DNA of 64,000 nt. Source: Bugula neritina (taxonomy: Eukaryota; Animalia; Bryozoa). How positions within the stretch are numbered: the stretch's first letter is position 1; every line of letters begins with the position of its first letter. Both the position numbers and the translations under genes were made by a program. The notes under the pieces are model-generated. The model did no database searches and had not been told where the DNA came from. It saw only the letters and a program-made list of their open reading frames with translations. This document shows, in pieces, positions 1 to 13,254 of the stretch. The stretch is taken from positions 5,361,751 through 5,425,750 of the forward strand of contig OZ037773.1 in NCBI GenBank assembly GCA_964035545.1, read 5' to 3'.

Positions 1-45
1 CTAAGTATACCAACTCACAACCACCTACTAAGTACACCAACTTAC

Positions 46-2213
46 CAGAGATGTTTCCCAACTGTTCTGAGAGACAATCTTTTTCTATCGTCTGGAAAGA
101 AATCCCCACTACATGGCATACAACTAAAAATAAATGAAGAGTGAAATAATAGAAATAACAGAAAAAATATCTCTAATGGCAAACTCATATAGTTTATCTA
201 GTTTTTATACTTTTTGAAAAAAACTGCACCAATTTAATTCTACAAGCTTGGGACGTAGCGTAATCAATTTTCAGATAATCTGGTGAATTTAAAAGAGCAT
301 CTCTTAAATGGCGTGCAGTAAGCATAGGGTTAGTAGCCTAAAAATCCCATCTTTGCCAATACGATCAGGCTTTTAGATTTGCCCCTTCTTCTTTAGCGTT
401 TTGCTTAAAGCTTTGTGCAAGATGTGTACACTACTTCTACAGCTAGACATTAAACTAGCTGGTCTAAGAAGGTTAAAATATCTCAAACTGCTCAACCCAT
501 TGTACTTTGGACTCAGCATAAAAGCATGGCTATTATACTGCTGAGCTAATCGCATGTTAAACAATGTTTTTATAAATTAACTCAGCTAAATGTCTTTATG
601 GTTCAAATAACTACCTATAAGAATTTCTTTTCAACTACATAACCATAGCACAAAATAAATTTCCATTCCACAAAACTAAATTTAATATCATATTGAAATG
701 ATTTAACAATTAGATGAAAAGCTATTGTTGTTTTAGTTGGTTTTATATTGTTTGGTTAGAAAGGAAATCAACATAGTTCAAGTCAAGTCAGGAGCATATA
801 TTTTATACTTGACGCACTGCTAAAACAGTCTCTAAATAACATTTTTAGCAAGATAGCTGTTGAGTGTTAACTTCTACTGTCTTCCAAATCAATTTGGAGT
901 TTTAACATGATAGATAATTGTGAATTGTTTGCCATAAACTTTAATTACATACAGTTAATTTACCCTCAATGTTTGACAGTATTGATTTTAACACATCAAT
1001 ACTCTTTATTTCAGCCTATAGAGTATTAGTATATAGTATATATTAATCATCATTGATCTTATGCAGCAAGTATTGAATTTCAGTATGGAATACAGGTCAA
1101 CAACAAAACATATACCTGTACTTGTCTACTTGAGCAGGCTGAAGTGTTGAGACGCCCCAACAAATTACCCAAGAGAAGTCAAATGACTATACTGCGCTTT
1201 GATTAGCCACTAAAACAATTCTGAATTAACTCTGTGTCTGATAGAATAGTCCTATAAATGAACATTTCTTAACCTCTGGTTACCGACTCAAACTAACTAT
1301 AAGGCAGCAGTGATAAACCATTGTAACAGCACGACTAGAACTAAACTACTAAAACTAAACTACTAAAACTAAACTACTAGAACTGGACTACTGAACTAAA
1401 CTATTAGAAGTAAACTATTAGGAGTAAACTATTAGAAGTAAACTATTAGAAGTAAACTATTAGAAGTGAACTATTAGAACTTGACTATTAGAACTTGACT
1501 ATTAGAACTTGACTATTAGAACTTGACTATTAGAAGGAAACATCATAAAATCAGGTTCTAGCACGAAACCTGTCCCAGCAACTGAATTATTTTACACATT
1601 TCAGAAAACTTGAACACGAATGAATTTATGCAAACAGAATTACAAAAACTCAACATTGATATAATATTTTCTCCTATGTATATACATATACATACACATA
1701 CATATATACATATATACACACACACGCATATATATATATATATATCTCAGGGTTGTGGTAATTGTAATTGGTTGTAATTAATTACATTTTTTTAAGTAAT
1801 TGACTGTAATTTGTAATTGATGTATAAAAATGTAATTGTAATTAATTACATTGCTAATGTAATTGAATTTTGCTATCACTTTATAATTACATAACAATTA
1901 CTTCAGATTTTTAAGTCTTATATAATTTATATTTTTCCTGCCTTGCCTACTGTTTAATAGTAAGTTTCAGATTAATTTAATGTCGTATTTATCACCCTAT
2001 CCGTTACTATTGAGAACAAGGTAGGTTTTTTATTGTCAAAATTGCCCCTGGTAGTTGGACCCCAGAAGTGAGATTATACAACTTTTATTTGTCTCCTCTG
2101 ACAACAAAAGTAATTGTAATTAATTACATTTATTTCAACTGTAATTATAATTGTAATTGACAAATTCTCATGTAATTGTAATTAATTACATTCATATGTA
2201 ATTGACCCCAACC

Positions 2214-2296
<83 letters not shown>

Positions 2297-5200
2297 CATG
2301 TGATGGTAATTACTTGTCCCTTATAGTCAACTACTGACACTGCGAGTGAAAGTGTTATTTACTTGAACAATTATTATATTTCTAGATAGGGCTGTTAGAA
2401 ACTTTCAAAAATTTCGGGTATTTTTAAACTTTGTCTGATAATTAGTATTTATTATTATTTAAGTATAAGATGATATGCTGACTTCGAGTCAGCCATACTG
2501 CACCATTAAGTGTTGAAAGCTCAAAAGTCAGAGTCAGTTATACCTTATCAGTGAAAAACTTGGGTAATAAAATGCTACCACTTACATTATTTCATTAAAA
2601 CTTATCAGCACCATTATCTAAAAAGTTTTATAACTAATAATGCAAACCAAATACACTTAGCTATATAACATGATAACTTATCAAGTGTCCATGGTGAGGT
2701 TTGTTCATAAACACAGGTGCTGTAGGCTTTACACATTCAACCATTTAAAATCTAAATGCATATGCCTGTTTGCTATAAAAAAATAAAATTCTAAAACACA
2801 ATATTTAGTACTGACAGCTATTGGTGATACATAGGATTTGCACCTCATAAAATTAACTCAAAAAACATATTTCTAGAAAGTTGATTTTATGACTTTTCAG
2901 ATGCAGTTATTGAAGACAAATTTTTAATAGCCATTTCAAATGCGAGTACCCGAAGGTACACTTCTCAATGGAAAGAGAGCACGCTACCTGCTATGTGCCC
3001 TTTGAGTTCTGTTGTCTGATTAAATGTGATTACAAAACAGGTTTATCATGTGATTTTATTTAGATAAAAAGATATTACATCGGCTTAATATAGCTTTAGT
3101 GCACAAAGTAACAAAATTTATGTACACTATTTCTAATGCTTCAGGCTTTCTCTAACTTAGCAGCCCCAAAAGGAACGCAATAAATACATTTGCTGAAAAC
3201 TATTAGGCAAGCGTTGACTTAAATAAATTCTAATCCATCACGGGTCGGCCTCTATTGGTGTGAACTGAAAATCTTGAATACTGAATGTAGAATATATGTT
3301 ACATATGATTTATATAATATAGCTAATTATAGGACTCAAGCAAATTCCACCTCAACCTCAAAATTACCACTTCTACTAGAAGAAAAATTAACTGGTGTGA
3401 ACTGTAAAGCTGCAGCACCACCCCAATACAGTAGTTTAAAGTGAATGTGGAAATAACATTAATACTTTTATACAACATAGAGTAGCTTACATTTTCTAAT
3501 AGAGTCTTGAAATCCAGCAATGTCCGCTACTAAATCTGCTTCTTCTTCAAGATTTGCCTGGAATCACATATAAATGTAAGATGTGAACACTAGTGATTCA
3601 ACAATGAGAGATAAAAAGAATACATTTGTGATTTATCTTCCCTACACGAGTAAAGACAACTCTAAGGGTTATACTGGAAAAGGAGGGAAATTTTAGTTGA
3701 TAGGAAAGGCAACACATTGAATAAATAAATTTTATATGTAAAAGTTTACATATAACTTGATTTTAAACAGTTAGTTTTTACCTCCTAAATATCAAATTAT
3801 AGAGACTTGAGGCAGAGAAATCCATCCAAAAAGAAATAAATATGTATGCATTAAACAACCCATAATTAGAATAAGGGTTTCAACCAATTTTAAAATAATT
3901 ACTATTAATCTAATACTTTTCAGAAAGTGGTAATAAAATATTTTTCATATACAAGATTAGAAATCTTTACAGTTTACGGCATAGTTACACCTATTCTCTA
4001 ATACTTTCAGAATAAAAAAGCTCTCCCAAAGATGTCCAAGCAAGTTTTGACAATTGAAATTTCAGCTGAACATCAAACTCTGACACAGCCAAACAAGATT
4101 GACCACAAATATCAGATATAAGTAAGTTACATACTATACTTACAGGTATAGCTATGCACATGTACGTTATTAGCTATCTGTAGTATAAGAATGAAAAGGG
4201 AGAAACTAGCTCAACACTAATGCCTACCTGTATAACTAAATATAACACAACTAAATACATCAGAATGTGCAGATATTGAATAGAATACAATAAATAAAGA
4301 GTAGATAAAATGCTAGGCATTGCACACATCAATATTGTTTACACCTGAAATCTACACACATACATTGTACACCTGCACCCAGCCCTGTGTACACATATAT
4401 ATAAATATAGCATTTTAGTATATTAGTGCAAATAACTTTTTGGGTTACAGCATAATTTATTTCTATCATATATATATGCAATTACCAAGCACAAGCAATA
4501 ACTGCCCTACATCAATTATGTATCACATGAGTAGTTATATATCATGTGTGTGGTTATATTATATGACTAGTTACTTATCATATGTTTAGTTATATATCAT
4601 CTGCTCTACCTTACAGAAAATATTTCAACGTCAATTTCAGTAGACTGCATAATTACTTGATTAAATTGAAATATTTTCTAGTCACTCTAGCTGGTGATGG
4701 CTGCCAGAAATGAGCAGCACTGGTAGTTTATACATCCAATAAATCAATTATGCAACAATATGCATTACTTCGTGTATATTGTGCCAGAAAACGTGAAAAG
4801 AAACATTTTAATGCATCCTTTCACACAGAAGAACAAAACCACAAATTCATCTTACTGCACCAGAAAAGTAAATCATACCCAGAATGCAGTGAATTGGCAG
4901 CACTCCAACAGATTAGCCAAATGTATCACTTTCTGTACACTCTCATCATCAATCTGATAAATACAAATAACAGATCACTATGAAGGCGTGCAGTCCAAGG
5001 CACAGACCTATGTATATAGGACTTTCAGACATTAGCAATACAAAATGTGAGATCATTAGATATTTTACATCTGTTGTATAGATTAAGCTTAGCAGAGTAG
5101 TCTGATTCCACAGGCTTAAAAGTAGTTTAATAGTTAAATGAACTGAGTGTGCACTCAAAAATGAGCTTGAAAAAATGTGTTAAACTCTAAATTAGCTTGG

Positions 5201-6547
5201 TAACAGACAATGGTTTAACTTTGGCCAAATCACAGAAAAGTTTTCAATAAAAATAGAATTTTATTGTGAGTAGTTGAGAGAAATAATGGTGAACCATAAA
5301 TAAGAATTTTATTTTAAAATCAGACCAACCACCATATCATAAGACTTTGACTGGGCATATCTGCCCATTTCATTGGTTGCACTTTTTTTGAGAAAATTTA
5401 GGTCAACCATAAAAGAACTTAAAGTCATCACAAGACAGTAAAATTGATGATTTGCTTCAATAATGCAAAACAAAGTGATAAATTTTCTACTCCAACAAAT
5501 TATTTTTGAGTGCAATAAGCAAACCCTAACAGATATAACAGCTGGTCATGTGATGGGGAGTTGATAATACTAAACACAGGGAAACAAGTCAAATGCTGCT
5601 GAAAAAAGACATCCTATGAACAGGAGAAATCAATAACTGATTAATATCATTTTTGAAAATTCCAAAGTTGAGATAAGCTATATAAGCTATATCCAACTAC
5701 ATGGCATACAACTACATATAAATAGAAAGTTAATGAATGGAAATAAGACAAATAACACTAATGGCATACCCTAGCACCGTCCAGTAAACTTTTGCAGAGG
5801 ATAAAATCTGTGTGGGGGAGATTTGTTAGAGCTTTGAGAAGAATTCGCATGGTGACTGGGGTTTGGTAGTAGCTGGGGTTAAACTGATATCTGAAAATAA
5901 AATCTATACTATACTTATACTAACTATACTTGCCTACTTGGTTAGGTGACTAGTGACTATGAGACTAGTGAATGTAGGACTAGTAACTATGTGGGACTAG
6001 TGACTATGTGTGACTAGCGACTATGTGTGACTAGCGACTATGTGGGACTAGTAACTATATGGGACTAGTAACTATGTGATAAAACTTGTGACTGTAGATA
6101 TAAAAGCATCACACCGCATTTACTAAAATATTAGGATAACACATAGAAAATCAAGCAAAATTAGAAAAAAACTGTAAGCTGTAAAAAATAGCTAAAGACT
6201 AGAGATATATAGTGTGTACTGAATTAAGTAAAATGACTCCACTAGTGACTATGGAACTAGTGAATATAAGATAAAAAAACTAAATTCACTCACAACTTCA
6301 GCACAGCGAGATTGGCTTCTAAATCATAGGTGTTTTCTTCACATTGTATAGCTACATATCTTTCTAGTGTAACAAGATTTTCAGGGTTGTATCTGTTGAA
6401 TAAAAGTAATTTGACATTTATATGCAATAATTTCAACAATTACATAGAAACAAATTTTTTAATTTAAATAACGAAGAAATGTTTATCCACTTACCTATCT
6501 ATTCCCTTCAATAAGGAAGCAACTGTGGCTCTCATCATGTCTGCCAT
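46..6547 (-). CDS. EIF3K: Eukaryotic translation initiation factor 3 subunit K, partial (3' exons lie left of the window). Coding exons: 6495-6547, 6294-6392, 5770-5890, 4879-4953, 3491-3557, 46-123
   Basis: Spliced translation [164 protein letters not shown] matches the remembered eIF3k sequence ([64 protein letters not shown]). All junctions are GT-AG with consistent phases. Confidence 0.96.
1335..1535. repeat. 13-bp minisatellite (AACTATTAGAAGT / GACTATTAGAACTT variants)
   Basis: Visible tandem units in eIF3k intron 5. Confidence 0.9.
1748..2216. mobile_element. hAT-like MITE inserted in a (TA)n tract
   Basis: Terminal inverted repeats CAGGGTTGTGGTAATT ... AATTGACCCCAACCCTA, internal GTAATT/AATTAC subterminal repeats; (TA)n on both sides. 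Confidence 0.7.
2217..2295. repeat. (TA)n microsatellite; others at ~45267-45364, 49250-49307, 58917-58972
   Basis: Direct reading. Confidence 0.95.
5945..6085. repeat. ~17-bp minisatellite (GACTAGTGACTATGTGG-like)
   Basis: Tandem degenerate units in eIF3k intron. Confidence 0.85.
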
Positions 6548-7779
6548 GACTATGATAATGTTTAACCTAAAAGTTTCAATATTCGGGATTTATATGGTTT
6601 CATAGTTTGAATATACCTAAAGTTTCCAACGTTGCTAAAAACATTAGTTTTAAAATTAAAAAACAATTATGTGTGTATGTGCATATATGGGAAATTTACT
6701 AATAAGTGATGGTTGATAAGATGTTGTTTCTACTAAATACTAGACTACTACTATACAACAGAGTCATCATAAAGTAGGCTATAGGCCTACTATAAGTATA
6801 AATACAATGACAAAAATGCAATGCATAAATTCAAAACACACATTCAATATATAATTACTATTAGCGATTAGGCAATACAAACATAATTAAACCCGTTATT
6901 GAAATACTATTAATTTAATAAGATTATGAATTAAAAAGCAAATATTGTATACCACTTGGCTTCTAGTGGCTTCTGGCTTGCTAAAATTTGTACCACTCTA
7001 ACTATTAATAAGTATAACCCTAGTACTAGTATTACTATTAGTGAATCTTCTAGCATTACATATTGTAACCATATTGTGTTATCCTATCCCAACTTGCTTT
7101 GAATTTTTATTTTATGGCTGATTTAAAACTACTGAATACACCAAATGCTGCCTGTTTAAACCAAACGCTATTTTCATCAAATAACATAAACTATAAAGTC
7201 ATAGTCATAGTGATACGTCATGCACGTTACACTTACAACAATCACCATCACTCACTTAGTCTTATACATCAAACGCACAAGCTGCATGAGCATAAGTCTA
7301 TTACTATTATTAGATCAGTATTACTATTAGCCTACTAATAGCAATACTATTAGATTTTAGTCACCGTTTATTAATAATAATATTATTATTATCATTTTCA
7401 TTATGATTATGATAAAGTAGTACCAGTAGACGCAGCGGTAGTGCAAGTGAGCGTCAGCGTGATGGTAACAGTAACACTACGACTAGTACTACTAGACCTA
7501 ACTTGACGTTGAACTTCAACTTAAAAGTAAATTGAAAATACAAACTAAAAAATATTAATTAGTTTAATTATTATTATTAAACTTTGAACAGTTGTTGAAG
7601 GAAAAATTAAAATAAAAAGTGCCAAAAGTGAAATTTCAACTTAAATTAATACAATATGCCAAAACAGATAAAACTCTCTAAACGGTGTAAATAAAACACA
7701 TACACTATAGCGGTTGTTCAGTCTTAAGACTACAAGTTGAAGTACAATTGAATAATTCAATGACTCAGAATGACTATGA

Positions 7780-8060
7780 GCTTACACGATTTTAATTCAA
7801 CAGCGCAGTCACCGGAAATAGTTTGGTAGTTGTAGCATCCGCAAACCTAATGTGAAAAATTTTACGAGACTGTCATTTCAATCATAGTACAAGCACTTCC
7901 ATCAAGCTCGGCGTACTATGCGCAACTATTTTCTATCATGTTGACAATCCGCCGTCTAATCAAGCGCAATGATGCGTCACCAAAACCAGCAAGATTAGGA
8001 AAGGCAACTCCATAATACGCAAAATTTTGCGCTATTTTGCAATGGCGGATAAGATATGGC
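7780..8060 (-). promoter_or_regulatory. Probable eIF3k non-coding first exon and promoter
   Basis: Minus-strand GTAAG donor at ~7781-7785, local CpG enrichment, ETS-like ACCGGAAAT at 7811. TSS not determinable. Confidence 0.5.
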
Positions 8061-8840
8061 ATTTTGTTAGACAATTTCAAAATGAAATAGGTTCAGAGGT
8101 TTAGGCTTCTACAGTATATATAACACCAACTGTCTTCATCTCTTTAAAAATTAAAATAACAAAATGACTATGCATGTAGCTCGATTTGTAAACGTGCTTA
8201 TATTTATTTAACCTGTGAATACTACACAAAGATAGTAAAAAACATATTATGCTTTGTTTTGCAGCATAAGCAATTTAAAATGATCAAATCATGTTAGCAG
8301 AAAAAAAGTGCTAGGTTTATTGATGATTATGTCCAGATTATACTTTTCGTTTGTGACTTTTCTAAAATCAAGCTGCAGTACATATAAGATAGCCCAAATA
8401 GTGCACATATTGATCTGCTAAGATAACATTCAATATTTTGTCATTTTATTTAGTTTTATTTAGCTTTTTTGTTCATCTTTAATGATGTTTTATTTTACTA
8501 GAGGAATGATTCCATCACTTGTAAGGCCTTTTCTTATTAACTTATAATTTAATAGAGTACGATCACTTTATAGAGAGTTGCAGTCATGTATAAACTACGA
8601 TAATTAAAATATTATTGTTTGAAAAGACATATAACTGCGTGTATGGACCTTCTATTATATGCACATGTATATATAATCATTATTTAGTTTAGAGAGAAGA
8701 AGCACTTGTAATATTATAACATTATTATGTAGACCAGCTGAATGGGTTTCAAATATGATATGTAAAACTGGCATATAATGTAACTTAGCATTATTACTGC
8801 TAGCTAGTTTTAAATCTATAAATAATAACTTATTCTACAC

Positions 8841-9074
8841 CAGGGGTGGGCAAGTGGGGCCCCCAGGGCCACCTGTAGCTCTTGTCCATTTTTCAGTAGC
8901 CCTTGTGATGCTTAAGAGAATTAAAAGTTGTCATTGTTTTTCTGATTAGCACAGCATAGGTTGGGTGTCAAATTACTTTATTATAATAAAATCATTATGT
9001 ATACAATCATGTGACCCTTTGTTTTGGCTGACTTCTGAACTTGGCTCTCATGCAAAAGAAGTTGCCCACCCTTG
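8841..9074. mobile_element. hAT (Charlie-type) MITE with perfect 8-bp target-site duplication
   Basis: TIRs CAGGGGTGGGCAA ... TTGCCCACCCTTG; TTCTACAC at both 8833-8840 and 9075-9082. Confidence 0.92.
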
Positions 9075-10705
9075 TTCTACACAATGAATATAACTTTTAT
9101 AACAATTAGAATTTCACATATTGCCATATATACTTGGGCAGATATGGAACTGCATAAAGTTGCGATTTATATGTTGATAGAAATATATTTCTTTTTGGCT
9201 ATCGTATTATGTTACATTAAGCAGATAATGCAAGTAAACTTCATGTATAGTATGCTATCATATTTTAGCATTGTTCTACATGCTTCAACTCATGCTGCTT
9301 TGTCATGAGATGTGACTTTATTGTGGAGTTGACCTATTTTACATGAACACACTATATTGTAAGCACACGCTATACATAGTGTCTTGTTATCTATTGTTCA
9401 AGGTATTTATAGGCTTTCAAGCTGTATAGCTTCATGCAGAAATCATTTAAGAAATCTGATCCACAAAGCCAATTACCAATACAGAGTCAATAGATAGTTA
9501 AAGCTGAGCTACATATTAAACCTATATGTAGTCTAGCTATATCTACACTCAGTGATAGAATTGAAGGTGAATATATGGAACAAGATGGCCTGGAGTGGGA
9601 GGGGTGTCCACACCCTTTTCTATACCCACTAGCTTAACAGAGATGGAACTAAACTAAACTGAACTAAACAGGAACTAAAAGGCATTCACATATAGAATAT
9701 GGATAATATGCATGTCCTATACTGCATCATGTCTATACCAGTATTCTGCGACGAGGTAATACATGTCAGCTCATACATATCTTGGCAATGCTGTTGCTAC
9801 AGGTTGATTAAGTAAGAAAGCACAACTCCAAATTAACTACATTACAATTGCATATTATTATTAAAGAGCTATGATTATATTATATTATATTGCAATTCCA
9901 ATGTTGCATAAAAAATTGGAAAGCTTATAATATTTTGTTTATTAACGAATGTATATTATTTTCAGTATAATTACAGGATGTCAATAAATCAATGCAAGTC
10001 TTTGTCATACATTTTGTTTAAAGGCATAAAAAATTGCAATAATTTATTCTTTTATAGTGTTATTTGTGGCTGCTGCAAATTAGAAATAACTTTTATGTTA
10101 CACGTAGCTTTCATGTCATTACGATATTTATAAGGGCTATTTAAATTGTTACCTTCATTAGCTGACGAATAATTAAAGAGATCAAATAAGTCATAATATG
10201 TTTTATTTTCTTGTTTTTATTGTTTTTGAAAGGGAGACATATTAGACTGCAAATGCTCATGGTACAGGCTGCAGCTAAAGATTGACCTGTCTTGCTGGCG
10301 ATATATAATCCGGGGACCTTAACCAAGAACATTTCTCGGCAGCCCAAAGACTGCTTATGATGATAATGCTTACATAGCTGATTACGATGCATCCGACTAT
10401 TTTTCTGCTTATGCATATAATGAGTTTTACTGTTTTAGAAAAGCTAGAAAACTATTTGAAAAAAAGTATTCAAGCCCCCACAGCAAGTATAGTTGGCGTA
10501 GAAGTGGCACTGCCAATAGAGTTTATTTTGGTAAGATAAAGTTTATTATGATTACCAAAAAAAAATTTTTTTATTAGTTAATCGTTTGTTCATTTTATTT
10601 GTAAAAACTCAGAGCAACAATTTTGAAACGATTCACTCCGAATTGTTACAACAGAGACTTATTCTTGTTTTTTTTATGGAAATACGCATTGAGTAATGGG
10701 GCTGC

Positions 10706-11472
10706 CACACTACAGTCAAAACGGCCATCTTGAACGCGTTTTCGAGGCTAAGCGTTGACCTCTGTGACGTCACAACTGAACGCAACTGTCAGTTTTTCGC
10801 GATGCGATGAAAGTTCAACATGTTCAACTGTCATCGCTGAAGTTGAGCGATCAGCCAATCACTGACTGGCCAGGTAAACCCTGATTGGTTAAGTGCTTTT
10901 ACTTTTTCCACGTGCTACTAGCGAGCATTATTATTTGATTTGGTTCTTCGAAAATTATATTAATTTACTTTTAAAATAATTATGCTGAAGTTATGTATGA
11001 AAGTTTCAATAAATCATGAAAATAAGTATTCATTAGATAAATTTTGCTAAATTTTATCTGCATATTTAGTTTTTCTAATTTGGTTGAATTTTATTAGCGT
11101 ACTATAACTATTTAGTTCTTTAGGCTAGTGAATGAGCTTGAATAAAGCTAAGTAATATCATTAAATAAAGCTAGTAATTTTGAATAATTGAAGCTAGTAA
11201 ATTAGAATAAAAATAACTAGAAAATCTTATTAAATTATGCTAGTAAATCTCAAAAAATTGCGCTAAGATTAATTGTTGGTTACTGTGGATACTGCAGAAA
11301 CTGGTTTATGGCATTCCTATTGGTTTAAAATTTTACTGCGAGACTAGAGACAGTTAGCTTTCATCGTTCGTAGTGAACTGTAGTGTGACCAGCAAAAAGT
11401 AGGACGTGACGTTGAAGGCATGCGCAAGCAGCTCCAAAATGGCCGCCACAGTCGCGTTTCGACTGTAGTGTG
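10706..11472. mobile_element. Non-autonomous DNA-transposon-like element rich in promoter motifs, directly upstream of TRAF-A
   Basis: 18-bp TIR CACACTACAGTCAAAACG / CGTTTCGACTGTAGTGTG (1 mismatch); mirrored subterminal motifs; no clean TSD. Confidence 0.6.
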
Positions 11473-12116
11473 TTATGGGCATTATAGTTTCAGTTCAGAG
11501 GAATTACGTTACGAAGTTCTCTGGAAATTTTACAAAATTCAATTTTTTACGCCACATCCTGTATAAGTAATTTTGGGAATGTTACTGAACTCAAAGTGAA
11601 TGTTACTCTACTTCTAGCTCAAGATTTCTTTCGTAACTCTGCCAGCCTATTTGTTTCTGGTTCGTTTACTGCTAAATTGATGCCTTAAATAAAAGTAGTT
11701 ATTAAATTAGCAGATTAGTAACAACAGAACATTCTCATTCTGTCTCACTCTAAGTCTAACTCTTGCTCCTCATGATCATCATCATGATTTGTGATCATGA
11801 TTGATCATCATTCGTTGATGATTTTGTCGATCATGATCCAGACCATCATCATACTTAGTATGAGTACTAGTACTTTAGAACTAGACGTAGTCAGAATTGG
11901 TTATAATTTTAATTTATGAGAGTAAGAATAGCTGTAAGTATTGTTGTTTGATATTGCTTATAGTTATAGTTATAGTTGTAACTTGTAGTTGAATTTATAA
12001 ATATAAGTTATAGTAATTCTATTTTCCTCGCCTGGCTAATGCCTAATAGTTATAGTAATACTAGTACAAATGGTTTCACTTATCTTGTAATAATTTTATT
12101 ATTATATTGTATTATA

Positions 12117-12780
12117 GGGGTAAGGGGGGGGGGGGGGGGTTAAAAGGGAGCACAACGGCCCGAATTTTGAATTCTTTGCTTTCATTCGTCTGTTTTTCAA
12201 GTTAATGTTATTAGTTCAATATTCTCTAGTCTAAATACTGCACCAGATGTCTATTATAGGTATCAGTTGGTTGTTTCTATCTCTTTCACAACTTTCAGAA
12301 TAATGAAAATTTCATGACGAAAAGTTGCCTATTGTGCCCGGTACAATATTCAGGCCATTGTGCCACTGGATGGGACACAGCAAAAATATTGGAAATTTGC
12401 TGATTTGGTTGCATCTGATCTTTAATTACTTAATATACACAAATAAATAAAAAATTCTATTTTAGATCTACAGCAAAAATTATGTTTTAGTTGTACAGTT
12501 TGTGCCACCACAAATAGCAGGGGGAAGCAAAATCAAACGCACATCACTCATTTCTACGGTGCCGTTATTATTAATTTTTAGAACTAAAAATGTTTTTTCT
12601 ATTTCCACTTCACAGGAACTTTCATCAGAAAAAACTTTAAGAACATGTACTATAAAATTCCGAGTGGACTTTTTTCTATAAACTGTAGCTATAAGGTGCA
12701 TGCATGGCTGAGGTTTGTGACTGGAGGGCGGAAGGGGCAGGGAGGGGGGAGGAAATGAGCAAATTACAATTTATTTTAGT
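12117..12780. mobile_element. TA-flanked MITE copy (same family as 54966-55559); right end not resolved
   Basis: Starts TA|GGGGTA; alignable by eye with 54966-55550 over ~550 bp. Confidence 0.8.
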
Positions 12781-13254
12781 CAAATACATGTATATTCCCT
12801 CAATATATAAAATATAATGAATATTATGACTATCCATCAGTAGCAACAGCATAGTGTTTTGTATGATGTATAAAATGGCAAAGCTATAACTGTGAATTAG
12901 AACTACTGAATTTATTGTCAAAACGAACTGAACACAAAAACTAACAATGTTTTCCTTCTCACACAGTACACAAGCAAATCCAAAATCACACTTTCTATGA
13001 GACTGAATAAAACACACGAGACTGAATATAACATAAAAGGCAACTCCCAAAAGGGGTAACTAATACATATGTTCTGAAAAGCTTCAAACTTGGTATGAAT
13101 TTTAGCAACTTTCCTCAAGCAAAATGTTATTGTGTTGACAAATTTGAGCCTATTTTATATTGTTTCTTGCAATAGAATTTATCTTTTGATACAGGAAAAA
13201 AATCTTGCCCTGTACTTGAGGTAGTAATTGTACTTTCAGCTTACATTGACAGTA

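Noticed and set aside
1011-1056. Box C/D pair on the minus strand in an eIF3k intron
   Set aside because: Only ~45 nt, AT-rich, no recognisable guide sequence.
9555-9625. EGEYMEQDGLEW resembling TRAF-D exon (GEECETEGLEW), possible fifth TRAF remnant
   Set aside because: Match too short, no cysteines or neighbouring exons found.
12480-13118. Minus-strand ORFs of 66-124 aa
   Set aside because: Lie in or beside MITE sequence; frame not preserved in the second copy at 55164-55533.
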